A stretch of DNA of 63,360 bases, counting the filler, from Bigelowiella natans CCMP2755 (taxonomy: Eukaryota > Protista > Cercozoa): the NCBI GenBank assembly GCA_000320545.1. It is 4 parts of 4 records of this genome, joined end to end, with 100 filler letters (N's around TTAATTAATTAA, not from the genome) between each part and the next. Parts side by side here need not be neighbours in the genome. Positions count along the whole stretch, not along the records: positions 1 to 27,250 come from ADNK01000263.1; 3 more parts are not named here. One strand, written 5' to 3'. Below, piece after piece: positions 1 to 17,325 of this stretch. How positions within the stretch are numbered: position 1 is the stretch's first letter; each line of letters begins with the position of its first letter. The translations under genes and the position numbers were made by a program. Below the pieces are notes generated by a model. It was not told the DNA's origin and did not search any database. It was given only the letters and a program-made list of their open reading frames with translations.

Positions 1-36
1 TGTTTTTTTTCCCCCCCCTTTTTCCACTTCGGGCAT

Positions 37-234
37 TTAAATACTCCACCCCCCGGGACCTAATTTGTTGTTGTTGTGGATGGATGTTCCCGTTTCGGGA
101 TAGATAATAGGAACGGCTTTATCCTCCGTGCCGGGGGAGGGGTTCTCCTCCCCCCCTTCCGGGGGGATTATATTTCTTCCCCATGTATTTTGGTTGTGGG
201 GGTGGGCCGGGGGAATTGGCCCCCCCCCCCCCAC

Positions 235-275
<41 letters not shown>

Positions 276-435
276 GTGGGTGTGTGTGTGTGTGTGTGTG
301 AGTGTGTTGTGTTTTGACTACTGCAACAACTACCATTCCAATCCGGTCCACGATGAAGAAGCGTCTTGGCACATTCAAGCGCCTGTTTTCTAAGCTTTGA
401 TTCGGATAAAGATGAATCGAAGATGGCGAGGATTC
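37..435 (-). CDS. ASNS: Asparagine synthetase (glutamine-hydrolysing), N-terminal exons, partial
   Basis: Exon 334-435, bounded by AG/GT, reads GILAIFDSSLSESKLRKQALECAKTLLHRGPDWNG, matching the AsnB N-terminus (MCGILA...L.HRGPDW.G). Bases 37-234 read like an error-ridden next exon (IIPPEGGE..P...EDKAV). The start exon encoding Met-Cys was not located. Confidence 0.8.
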
Positions 436-516
436 CTAGGAGATAGACAGAAACATACACACGCGCACGCACGCACGCACGCACGCCCACAGATTAGGTT
501 TGCGTTTGTGTTTGTG

Positions 517-576
<60 letters not shown>

Positions 577-1509
577 TTATGTACATTATGAAGTGAAAAT
601 GTAGACCAACACAACACCCCCCCACCTTCCTCATATTAGACCAAAAAAAGTTATCGACTCTCGATATACAGCAGCAGAGGACACAGCTGCACATTACCAC
701 AGGCCGTTGGCCTGGTCGCTCGAAAGTCGCGAGCCAGAAGAGATGCATTTGGCCTTAGGCTGCGAGGCTTGAAAGCCCTACAGGTCCGAGAAAGGAGTGC
801 TTGCATCTAGCTGAGCATAGACAAGAATTTATAAAAGAACGAATAATATGGCTATGGCGCCACGTAAGATTTAGGCAGAAATTCTCCATGTTTTCCAACA
901 GCAAGGAAACCACACACAAAGGCGTCGTGTCGGTGGTGGCATGTTGTTCCCACTCAAACATGCAGCGCGAGGACATAGGACAGCCCAAACTTTCCCCAGC
1001 CTACGCTTATTCCCTAAAGTGAAAATATGTGCCGTAGACATGCAGGCTTGGACTCTACTTACAGAATGCGGACTACTTTCTAAGTTGATTACGTTGAGGG
1101 GGGGTTCTTCTGCGTTCTGTCTGCGAACTAGGTCCACAAACGCAGCAATTTTAAAGTTGTCGCATAGATAAAATGCAATGCGTTTTTGCCTAACTACGTC
1201 GACTAGCGCCACGTGGTTTTCTTTCCTGAAACGGTGGATGCATTGGAACTAAGAATTCCAATTTCGCAAGTCGTATTATGAAAACCGCAAGCGATTTCGA
1301 ACACATCTGTGTGCGTAGGAGATCTCCTGGAAACTTCCTTACGACGAGATTGGATTTTTGAATTTGCGACATGGCTTTTATTGTCGCAGATATAAATTAG
1401 CAAAATAGGTTCCGTCCATCACCAGGGCCCCGAGACATAACCTACTCCTCCCTCCTCCTCCCCTCCTTCTCCTCTCCCCCTCCTCCTCCTCCTCCTCCTC
1501 CTCCTCCTC

Positions 1510-5949
<4,440 letters not shown>

Positions 5950-6484
5950 CGATGAAAGTGATATTTGAAACAGGACTAATAAATGTGCGGATGCGTAGGG
6001 GCTGCATAATATGCGCATTTATTATGGAAACACGCATGGCAATAATGAACTATCTGCTCTGCTATGTTGCGAATAATGGAGTTTCATACAACACATAACA
6101 TTGCTAGATTATAGTTTGGGAATATGATGTCTCTATGCGTTGGACACAGTACATGCATTGGGAATGAATGATCACAGGCCAGGTAACGTTCACTACCACG
6201 AGCACACATCGCAACCGCGTAAAAAAAGTATCGGCTCAACCAGCCAACAGTAGACATCGCAACCACGGAGCAATGGGCATCGGCTTGAGCTAGCTAGCAA
6301 GCCACGTACATATAATACAATGTGTAGCATCAGAAATAGAGTGTGTGAACACGGCTTGAATTATTTGATCAAGCTAGCAATCAACACAATCTTTGTGCTA
6401 GTTGCATGCTAGCATGATTCAATTGGCATGCATGACTCGGACTAGCTAGCTAGCAAGTGGGGCTCCTCTGCTTATTCCTGCTCC

Positions 6485-6539
<55 letters not shown>

Positions 6540-7019
6540 TCTGTGTGCATATATTGCAAGCTAGCAAGCAGTGCGCTGCGCCCCCAACCGCCATGCCTAC
6601 TGCCCTGAGGTCCTGCTGGACAAACGATGCTAGGATGCGCCGCAGTGCGGCACAAATCTAGAAATCACACATGTCCAGACTCAATGAACGAAGCAATGTT
6701 GCGACGTGAACCAAATGGTCGATGTGCTGTCACTCTAGCACTGCGCGCACCCGACTTTGGGACTTCCAGGTGCGAGATAGCATCACGAGGACCATGCATT
6801 TTTGTTCTTGCAAAGTGCAGACTTTCCAGAACATTGAACTTTGAACTTCGCATCTGGACTGTCCACGTGTTTCAGACTTTGCAAAATGTCCGATGGTAGC
6901 GATTTGTCACTTACACACATGATTTTAAAATTTTCAAGTTGCAATATCAAGAAATGCCATTAGTCTTTTTGTCTAGCTTGTCGTCGTGATCCACATTAAT
7001 TGATTTGTTTTCACTCACT

Positions 7020-8448
7020 CATTCCAACAGGATGTGAGCGATCAACAAACCAACCCAAAGCGAGACAAATGGAGAATTCAAGCTCTGCACTCTAGACGGT
7101 GCTGAGGCTATAGACCACAGCACACCTTGTTTACATGTCGTCGCGAAAACCATCATCATCAACGCTCCAGGCATCATACAGCTAATCGATGATTTGACAT
7201 GTCCCTACTAATCCAACGGTGTCGGTTTTGGCCAGGTTGTTCCCATAGTATGGGAGTCCAAGGAGTCCCCACCAGCTATATCTATTACAAGCATTATGAT
7301 CATAATAAACCGAGATCGCAGGCCTTAGGAACAACAGTGGTAGATAATGTAACGGGCCATTTCTATCAGGAAGTAGTTTGTTTTCTGGATCTACGAAAAC
7401 AACATCCCTCCACACCCTACTAAGGAGACATATGAGCGAAGATAACCACCTGGCACTGAAGAAACTGAAGAATGTCTCTTTCTCTAGTTTTTGGATGGCA
7501 GCCTCGTTATCACGGGTCTGTGTATTATTAGTCCTTTGTGCTTGTTTCTACTACAAGTGCTGCCACTACTGCTCTCGAGGGAAGGTGAAGATGTCATTTC
7601 GCCACATACAACGAAAATAACGTTTCCAAAGTTATAGCAAGATTTCGAGAATGCATCGGCTATTCATATCGTCAAAAGATAAAGCAGCTTTCAAAGTGTT
7701 GTTATCAGGTTAGTCGAAGTAGTGTAACAACGTCCACACTCCCTCATTTTCCTCTGCCACCTTAACTCTGGACAACGTTACTACAAATAAATAACATAAA
7801 GCATACCTCAAGCCCAACGAGGCACTTGTGAATTTCGCGGATAATGTTCCAACGCTGGCCCTGTAGTATCAAAGCGTCATAAGGTAGGAGCAGGAAGGGT
7901 GAGGTGGATGAATTCGTCGGCGTCCAAGAGCCCCACGCATCATACAAAGGAGACCACTTAAAGCGAGGATGTTGGGACGGGCATGATAATCACGAGCTTT
8001 CAAACCTGAACAGTATCTCCGTCGTGCAGATGCTCCGTTTTCCGTGATGCAATGTCCTCTACAACTGCCTACCAATGAATGAAGCACTACTGCATGGGTG
8101 TTGCTGATCGGTATATCAATCTATCCTTTCATTTGATGGAAGGAGATAAGTACTGTGAATCCTTTTCCATCTATCCATCATAATCACCACAACTATCGTC
8201 GTCGTCGTCGTCATCGTTATGATGATGATGATGGCCATCATCAAAGGCAACAGTACTCACTCTATCCACCACGAGAAGGCCAACTTTCTTGCAGTTTATC
8301 TTGGAGTTGTCGCCCCCAAAATGCACAAGAGCGAAGACAAGCTGCTTGTGATCCGTATCGTTGTTCGTTTTCAACTGTTGATGATGATAATGATGACGAA
8401 CAGGGTGCTTGAGAGGAAGATCGGAAGAGAGTTAAGGTAAAGTGAGAG

Positions 8449-8492
<44 letters not shown>

Positions 8493-9141
8493 CGCTTACA
8501 GATATTTATTTATTCAATACAACCTCACTTCGGACGATGATTTTCAACGCTGTCTGATTTGGACATACGAAAGAGAGACAGCGCGTGTGAGGGAGCATCT
8601 ACTCATTCCTCCTTATGAAATTGATCTTAAAAACAATCTACGGGTGGACATTGGTGAGAACAACTTACTAGCACTCGGGTAGCATCACTTTCTGGTAGGT
8701 GAATCACGGTCAGATTTTCGGTATCCTGCAGGAAATAATTCGAAAAATGTGAGACCACGTTGTGCTCGTTTAGTGTCCCCCCTCTTTGTCACCTCTCCTT
8801 CCCACACTCTCCCCCCACCTCCTTGGTTAGTTGAATTATTATTTTCCACTTTGCTGCAAGAGTCGTGAATTGCATCAACTCCAAACAGCGGGTAATAGTC
8901 CTACATTCAAAGGAGAAGGGCAGAGAGTATTAACCAGGTTTCAATCAGGCTTAAAGCAAGAAGGGGTTGAGCGTATTGCTATCCGTTTTACCGACAAACG
9001 CCCTTCGACGAGGCAATAAGAGCGAATTTCGGGAGGATTCCTGCATAGTTGTGTGAGGAAGGAACAGGGGCAAGGAAAAAATTACTACTAAACGATGAAT
9101 ATCCATCTTTTCTCTATTACTCAATTACCCCCCCCTCTCCT

Positions 9142-9180
<39 letters not shown>

Positions 9181-9978
9181 TCTCTCTCTCTTTCTCTCTC
9201 CTTCACACACTTTGTTACGTCCTCTGCCAAGACAGAAAGCTGGAATAGCTCTTCGTAGTTGTGGTTATACCAATTGTAGCAGTCTACTAACCTGATATTA
9301 TTTATCATAAGAAGGGAGGGGCAGGATAACGATAACCTGTGTACAACTCGTGCATCAAAACGACACCCTCATGTCCCCTCTTGGAGCACACAGTATCCTC
9401 TCGTTATCCCCCATTCTCACACCAACATCATACGCTCGAGATTTTGTTGTTCAGACCAAATGTAATTTTGCGTTCCGATGTATATTAATGCCGTCGCCAC
9501 AGTCGTCAAGAGTGGATTGTTTAACTGAAGTTTAAGGTATAGCGGGGTCACGGGAGGGGGGTGAATATGCACTAAAATATTGATACTTACGTATACTAAC
9601 TTAAGTATAGATACTTACGTGTAGAACATCGTGTTCCTACATTTTAACACTCTCAAACGATCACGATATTGGTTGATTGATATGTCGTCTTCAGGTTGGT
9701 TCCGTGATAATCCAACAGATACTTAGAGTTGTATGTGTCTCAAACGAGTGCTCTGAAGTGTGGTATACTGACACAAAGAGATAGCGAGAAGGTAGTACCA
9801 TCTTATCGACGATGTCCTTGATTTTTGGACGTGCTGTCTTGGATGAAAAAACCCTGCCTGGCTGTCCTGCCTTCAGGATTGACCGATTTCTTGCTAACTG
9901 ACGAGGAAACTGGAGGGTTCTAAGGCACGAGAAATCTCGTCTCCTTCCCGCCTGAAGTACATGTACTACCCTCCTCAT
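7020..9978 (-). CDS. Uncharacterised multi-exon protein with Arg-rich N-terminus (possible mitochondrial presequence)
   Basis: Chain of AG/GT-bounded open segments: MRRVVHVLQAGRRRDFSCLRT..., RLVDCYNWYNHNYEELFQLSVLAEDVTK, DTENLTVIHLPESDATRVL, DHKQLVFALVHFGGDNSKINCKKVGLLVVDR, QRWNIIREIHKCLVGLE. The 3' end is approximate and no family was recognised. Confidence 0.45.
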
Positions 9979-10463
9979 ACTGAGCGAGAACCGGGGCACG
10001 TGCTGGGCAGTATGTATTTGATTCGGCTCGGGTGGAAATCCTAGGAAATCCTGTAAAATATAGTTAATTTCTTCTCTGCGACAAGGTAAAATGATGGATT
10101 TTAGTGATCAGAGTACTCAACATATCATTGCCTCGGATTCTCAACAATGAGTAAAACTATAAAAAGGATGCGAAGAGAATGGGCAGACGACCCAAAGGAT
10201 GGTTTCCGCCGATTTTCACCTTAAAATAACCGAGGAGATAAAAAATATTGATAGCTCCTGTGAGAGACCCCTTTAGACAAGAACTTCGCTCCTTTTTTAT
10301 ACGAAAACGGTACTGCAGGCGCGCAACCAAAGTCTTCCTCGTTTACCACCAATAAGTTCACTACTTTCTTTGTCGCAATCGAAAATGGAATTACGAGAAA
10401 TGCATGGATTCTGGATTCTGCGACAAGAGTTTTGCACTTGCCGCAGCGTAAAACATCTAAAAA

Positions 10464-12216
10464 ATGGCGCCCGGAACGGCCCGACCCCTAAAGAGCACGG
10501 CCGTCTCCCTCGCACTCCTTCTTTTTACCTTATACTCCGTCCTAATCAATACATCGAATAGAAATACTAATTCTAAATTGGAGGTGGCCTTTTCAAAGAG
10601 AGGAGGAGTTAATGGAGCACCAAGATGCCGAATCGCCAGCAGAATTTCTACATTGCCCATACATACCACATCTCCACATCGCTACCATAGTCGTCCCTCT
10701 CTTCGCCTCTTTCCCGTTCAGGCAGGAGATCCGATCGACAAAATGAGGGTATTTTTTCCTCTTAGAAGTCATTTGGAACATCATTGCTGTGCTGACTCTT
10801 ACCCCTTCGTTACTAGAGCGCAGACGTACGGAAAACACAATTTACACGTCGAGTGAATGCATCGAATTTGAGTGGATGCTTCGTGATGCCTATGAATTTT
10901 TCAGAAGAGTAGCTCCAGATCATTGATTCTCTTCCTTCGATCCTCTTTGTTCTGTACGTTTGTCTACATTCTAGGCTTCAAGCATTCGAAAGGAGTTAGA
11001 TGATCTTGGCGTCACCTACACAGACTGCTTCGGTAAACGTTATGCACCACACGTCCACATCGTTAAGTTAGCTCATCAGGAAAAAGTTCATGAAGAGTAA
11101 CTTGTATAGATAAGTAAATATGTTACATATATATGTAAATATACTTGCAAATAGACAAACAAGATCTGGTGAAGAGACTTGACGAAGCTAGGAATGGCAG
11201 AATAGACCCTAAATTCAAGAAGAAGGCATCTTCATCATCATCCGCTGCTGCATCGCCATCAACATCATCATCATCATCATCACCCGTTGAAACTGTCGTC
11301 GACGTGATAGAACCAGAGGTTTGATCACAATGAACTACGATGCCACAGACTAAAATGTGCTAATTTGATCTAAAATGGCCTCCTCCTCCTCATCATCCTA
11401 TTCCTCCTTCTTTTTTTTTCCTACTACCGCCGCCACCACAACCCATCACCTATATCCATATTTCAGGTTATCGAGCCAGACTACTACAAATCGGGATCAT
11501 CATCATCATCATCGTCGTCGTCGTCATTCGGGTCTTCCTCATCAGGATTTGATCAGCAAACGTTCACTCAAGAGAGCTACAGTAGCAGTAGGAGGGGAGA
11601 AAGGGACGCTAGAAGTTCATTTGATGCCGACGACTACGTTCAGACCGAAACTAAAAAATCGGGTGAGTTTTACGACAACAAATGAAGACCAAATAAACGA
11701 TTGTTAGAGCAAGGCAGATATAATAATATATTGGTACTGTTTGTGAAGAGGTGTGATTGTTCATCTAACAAAGCGATGATGTTATCGTATACGCACATTA
11801 GAATGGGGAAGCTACCCAGATAGTGAGGACTTCTTTACTCGAGGCAGAGTTGGCGGCTCAAGATTCGAGTCGCCTCCAATAAACAGGTATTATTGGTTCA
11901 ATGCACCTTTGTTCTGTGTACAATTCAAATGTAACATCTACTTGTATGTCTGCGTGTTTGTGCCTGTCTCCCTCTCCCTCACTGCTCTCTCTTGTGAGTG
12001 TGTGTGGTGTAGTTCCATCATGCGCAAATATACGTTGAAATTGTGGCGTTCTCTGCCTCCCTTTTTCTTGGCCTGTGCACGAATAGAGGGCTAGAATCAG
12101 AAGAGGCAATGAGTTTCTTGGAAACATTCTACAAAGAATTTCCCGAGGTAGTTGAGTTTATGTGTACTGTATTTGTGTGTGTGTGTGTGTGTGTGTGTGT
12201 GGCTATGTGCTGCACA

Positions 12217-12254
<38 letters not shown>

Positions 12255-12893
12255 TATATAATTTTCAGTATACATGTGATGTTTATTTAAAATACTGTTT
12301 TGGGTGCCTGCACGGGTGGAGCGAAGATTTTGTATGAAATGACGCAGCACGTGTACGTAATGACGATGGCGACGAAAATGAATTGACAGTTATAAGAAAA
12401 TGATTTCCCTTAATCAAGCTTTTCTTCTGTTGACGGATCATAGGTGCGAAAGGTCGTCGACTTCTTCGAGAATCCCTGGGTTGTTTGTTGCTCCAACCCC
12501 CTCCTTATGAAGCATTAACACGCGGACGCTATGGGATCTATTTCTTAGTCATCATCCGATTTCATTTGGAATATTGCCGCTAATCTAGCCCATAAATCTT
12601 GCGTTAAACATGCACACTGCGTACAATACACATCAGGTTAAACGTGTTCTATCGGTGATAAGCAATCCCATTGTTGCGATACCCCTTGGCCTCATCGTCG
12701 GCTTCTATATGCTCAAGGTATTTCCAAAACCTGAGGAAGACAACACTCACACTACCGAGTTTTATTATATACGCTGTTGACATAAACTCATCGATGATGC
12801 CTCTCATGTTATGTTCATCGATTATCTTGATTTGAGACCTATTGTGGTGGGGCGACGCTTCCAGTGATACACGAACGATTTCAGCCCTCTTGA
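10464..12893 (+). CDS. Probable plastid-targeted protein with SAP/ARMET-C-like motif and C-terminal transmembrane helix
   Basis: Signal peptide (AVSLALLLFTLYSVLI), then a basic Ser/Arg-rich transit-like segment ending RLFPVQA. Exons read MRASSIRKELDDLGVTYTDCF-DKQDLVKRLDEAR, a TM segment ISNPIVAIPLGLIVGFYML, and a last exon TYCGGATLPVIHERFQPS* (TGA 12891-12893). Confidence 0.65.
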
Positions 12894-13668
12894 GGGAATC
12901 CTAATGTCGTTGTTTATTTGCTTATACCTTCTCTCAGTTTTTCTTCTTCTTGCCGACGTTGCTCTTTCTGTGTGTGGGAGGAGGTGCTGCTTATGCTTAC
13001 ATTCGCAGCAAGTTCAAGTTGTGATGCATGTACTAGCGAATGTAACTTTAAATAGCCGTGGGTAAAAGTGAAAATAAATATCTAGGTGTAATTAGTATCG
13101 CCGATTATTACATGTTGCACCTAGCTGGCGGCATTGAGACATCGCTGCGGTCGATCATGCATGTATATGTCAAGTAGCCATATCTAGACATAGAAATTGT
13201 TCTCATGTGTGTATACATATATGCTTTAACCAGAGACAGGCAGCGCAGCAGCCTTGGAGCCTAGCTAGCTAGGTATGCTGACTGACCGGTGGCACAGGCT
13301 AGCAGGCAACGTACAACGCGTACATCTAGATATACGCATACGCTACGTCAAACCCATGCGCTTATGAGACACGATATGCGCATATATGAGCTTAGTTAGA
13401 AGTACTACGCGACACAAAAAGTTATAAGTCCACAACGCATGCGGTCTTTCCAACTTAGCGTATATAAATACGTACCGTCCGGCCGCGCACTATTAGTCAG
13501 CTAATGCTGGCTTATAAGGCGCAGCATTAAAAAAGAAGCTACGGCAACGCATGCGACAGTATCGTTACAATATGCACCAAAAAGAATCTAAAGACTGGCA
13601 TTGTAATGGTTGTATTTGTTGAACTTGCAAGCCATATATTTATACAAAGCTATGGTATAATGGACGTA

Positions 13669-15779
13669 CTAACCGTCAGAATCAGAGTCAAAACATACTT
13701 CATCGAGGCATGGACCTACGCTACACGAGGATACGCACGTGTTGTAGCTGTAACAGTTAGAACCGAGTTGCGGATGAAGCTCTCTCATTTCCACTGCTTC
13801 CCACAGTCTTCGTGCAATTTCTTGATCTCGACGGACGCGCTGGCGTAACGCATTGATGCTATCAAACTTGATTGCGTCTCTGATCTTCATGATGGGATTT
13901 ATGAGAACTTTGCCATTCCACACCGAGCCAAGACCGTAGCACTCAAAGCAGGCCATGACTTCTACTTCCGTCCTACTCGCCCAGCACATTAGCACCGGTG
14001 TAGTTTGCAGACTCGTATGTCGGCAGCGACTCGGGTCGACTTGCCACTGAATCAACCCTGCGACAACGTCGCCCGGCCGTGGAGAGTGCAGCGCATGCCG
14101 CTCTGAGATCCCGTTCTTTTCGTCGACTGAGAGCAGAAGTGTTTCGAACCCGAGCGACTTCATAAATCGTGTGCCTGTGTAAGACACTACGTGTGCGGAG
14201 CAGAAAACCTCGGAGGTACCATACCGTTCTCGCGTCTCTGTGCTCTCTTTACTAGTAAGAGGCTTGGTGCAGCTATTAGCGTAATTTTCAGCAGTATTTC
14301 TTCCGCCGCTGATGCTACTGCTAATGGGGGGGCTACCGACCTTGCCGATAACATCGTTAGTCGCTGTCGTCAGATGGTCAGCTGAGATGCATGGTATGTC
14401 AATTGGAGAGCTCGACGCCCTAGTTCTAGTTCTTAACGAAGTTGCCTCGATAATAGGTAGATAGGTCCCCTTGAAGGTCTGCTCTATCGTGTCGCGCAAG
14501 CACTTTACGTATTCATCGCACTTTATCTGTCCATGTCGACACTCCTTCGAGCAAAAGCTCATATCACGGTACATGTGGATTGTGCATCTTCCCTTCAGCA
14601 CGCGCTTGCATCGGAAACACGAATCCGAATCTCTCTCCTTCTCCTCCTCCTCCGGCTTATGCTGCAGTGTTGTCTGTGGACGTGAAGAGGAAGACGACGA
14701 CGGTATCTTCTCCTTTGCGATACTACAGGGACTATCGCTGCTTGACGTCTCATGATGACAAAGACTTTTCCCCTCTGCTGTGTGCTTTTGGCTAGATTTT
14801 GAAGATGTTTGTTGCGATCGCCATTTGCCCCTTCTCCTCTGCCCTTCCTGTGCCGCTGATGGGCTCGAAATTCCATCATGACCACTATGTAAGGACCCGT
14901 GTCGCTGTTGCTTGTTCTCCTGTATAGATATAGTTGCATAAAAGTAGGAGTACCCTTGTCAGTAAGAATTTGGCAATTAAATCTTGTTCGTGTACACCAT
15001 TACTGCAATTCTATGCAATCTTACTATTTCAAAGGCAAATGCAATATTTATTGAGTCTTCTTTTGTCTACCAAAGGCCGATTTCGACATCAGCTCTCTTA
15101 TTTTTTTTAAAGGATGGAAAATATCTTTTAAAATGACCTTCTTTTTATTTTCCAATGTGAGTACGGGTGCTGTATCGTCCTCTTCGGGAAGTTTATCGGC
15201 TTCCGCCCAATTAGATTTAGAATTATGTTGATGTGGGTGATCAGAATCATATGGAGAAACAATCAGCTTCGGCGAGGGCATCTCATTGCCTTCATCATTA
15301 ACAGTGCTAATGCACCCGACTTTAAGATGTTCTCGGCAATAATCGTTAGGCCCCAAAAGTTCCTCCTCCTCACTCTCCTCCTCCTCCCCCTCCTCCTCCT
15401 TCTCGCCTCTCTTCGTTGCAAACAATGGTGTCGTAGCCGCAGTCGTTACTGCAGCACCGTTGCACTCGTCTGAAGGATCCATATGGAAATTGTTGGTTGC
15501 AACTGGTACGCTGGTGTCTTTTAGACTCCCGTCCATAGCGGCACTAAAGCTCTCACAAGATGATTGCGGAGAAATTGTCCTCCCTACCCTTGCATGTTCA
15601 TCGAGCTCCTGTTCTTCATCGCTGTAGAATGAATCTGGCTGCGATGTGACCGTAATTGGTGTGCCGCCGCCAATCCATGAAGCGATATACCCAGGGCTAA
15701 TCTGGAAACGTGGCCTAGACTCGTTCCCTTCCTTTCCAAGATTCATCTTGAGCCACCGCAGACGTAAGTCCTCCATCAT
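13669..15779 (-). CDS. FCS-like zinc finger (FLZ/DUF581) protein with C-terminal degenerate riboflavin-kinase-like domain
   Basis: The frame is open from an AG acceptor near 14920 to 13669. It contains CFRCKRVLKGRCTIHMYRDMSFCSKECRHGQIKCDE (CX2C...FCSX2C), and the C-terminus IRDAIKFDSINALRQRVRRDQEIARRL resembles the RFK C-terminal helix. The upstream acidic ORF 15048-15779 is probably exon 1; splicing is inferred. Confidence 0.7.
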
Positions 15780-15788
15780 GTTTGGGAA

Positions 15789-15845
<57 letters not shown>

Positions 15846-16428
15846 CCTCTCTTCTCTTTATGTCCCCTTTCGACTCAATTGGTGGGATGATGACAGCTTT
15901 CGAAATTTTGGGGGGGCTTTAAAGGAACCAATTCTCTCTTTGTCATCAACTTTCTCGTACCCTTTTCGGTCCGTTCAGAGTAGGGTATACTTCAACCGTA
16001 CAACTTCTTGTGTTTTCGTTTTATGGGCTGTTCAGTTGTAAAAGGCACCAATTTTATTCAAGAAAACTTGCTTGAAGCTCGTCTTTCTTCTAAACACCCA
16101 TACATTCACCATCCCGCCATTTTATGAACGGCCTTTTTTTTTTGGCTGTGTGAACTATATTTCCCCTTGTCGCAGAATGCAATTAGATCTAGATCTACAA
16201 ACAGATTTCTGAGTTTTCTTGTCCATGGTTGGCCACTGTGACATCAATTTCTGACTTCTTGTGTGTTGGATCGATCTCTTTTCTGTTCGTGGCTGCCTAT
16301 TTTTCTGATGTAGTCGGCTTTTGTGCATGTCGTAGGCTTTTAAATTCTTGGAACGAATCGCTGAGGGAGATTTATCCGTCTGTACCCCGAATTCTCCGTT
16401 AGTATCCGAAGTTTGTGTGTGGTGGAGC

Positions 16429-16683
16429 CAGAGATGTCTGGAGATGCTCTGGTAGGAACACCCAGAATCCCCTTGTCACTTTTCGGCCATATCCTTTCAG
16501 CTTGGGCTGGGCAGTGTGCCCTTGGATGATTTGCTTGTTATTTCACCTAAATGAAATGGAGGGCACTCTGCCCAGCCAAGGTGACAACTTTTCAAATGTA
16601 ACTTTGTCGAAAAGTGGATTCAGAGATGACTGGAGATGCTCTGGTAGGAACACCCAGATACCCAGATACCCAGATACCCAAAT
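16429..16683. repeat. 38-bp direct repeat plus (ACCCAGAT)4 tandem
   Basis: CAGAGATG(T/A)CTGGAGATGCTCTGGTAGGAACACCCAGA at 16429-16466 and 16621-16658 (1 mismatch). 8-mer tandem at 16652-16683. Confidence 0.85.
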
Positions 16684-17325
16684 GAGATCTCTGGTAAAGC
16701 TCGAAACTCCATGTAACTCTCGAACTAAAACACTCTATATTCTGAGGATATTTTACTGCAGAGACAAGGGTATAACGTATCTTGTTTACCCACAGGGAAT
16801 CTCAATTTCATTTAGGTGAAATAAGTGCAAATCATCCAAGGGCACATTGCCCAATCTACAGTAGATCTATGGCCGAAAAGTGACATCTCGTTAAAGCGCG
16901 CAAAATTTCTCGAACTAAAAAATTAATAAAACGGCCTTTGGAAAAATTCGCATATTCCTGTCGCACATTTAATTTGTACTTCATTCTCAGATCTAAAATA
17001 CCCTGCAATCTCATGGAACTTGCAAATTCCACCGTATCTAAAACAGATAGTGATTTTGTTGGGATTTTCAATTCCAGTGTGAAATAGAGTCCTTTTAAGT
17101 AATAAATTCCATATTGAAGCCATTAATCATGGAAATCATCAAGGTGGTAGCCCCTTTTTCTGTAATATATAAGTCTAAATATTATTGTTTATTCCCCCTG
17201 CATGTACTGTATGTATGCAGGCAGCATGCAGTAACGAACAAGCAACTACCAACGACATGAGTTGGATCAGTGATCGAGAGGATCCACACCCTCATCATCC
17301 CCTGCGAGCTGTAGGGGTAGCAAAC

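Noticed and set aside
1-235. G/C homopolymer-rich start as a G-quadruplex or regulatory element
   Set aside because: It translates as a garbled AsnB exon with inflated homopolymers, most likely low-quality read-end sequence.
7869-8374. SF2 helicase call for the 7-10 kb gene (LLVVDR, ILALSG)
   Set aside because: Only vague Walker-B and motif III resemblance, with no Walker A found; insufficient support.
16429-16683. CRISPR-like repeat-spacer array
   Set aside because: Only two copies, about 154 nt apart, in a eukaryotic context with no cas genes.
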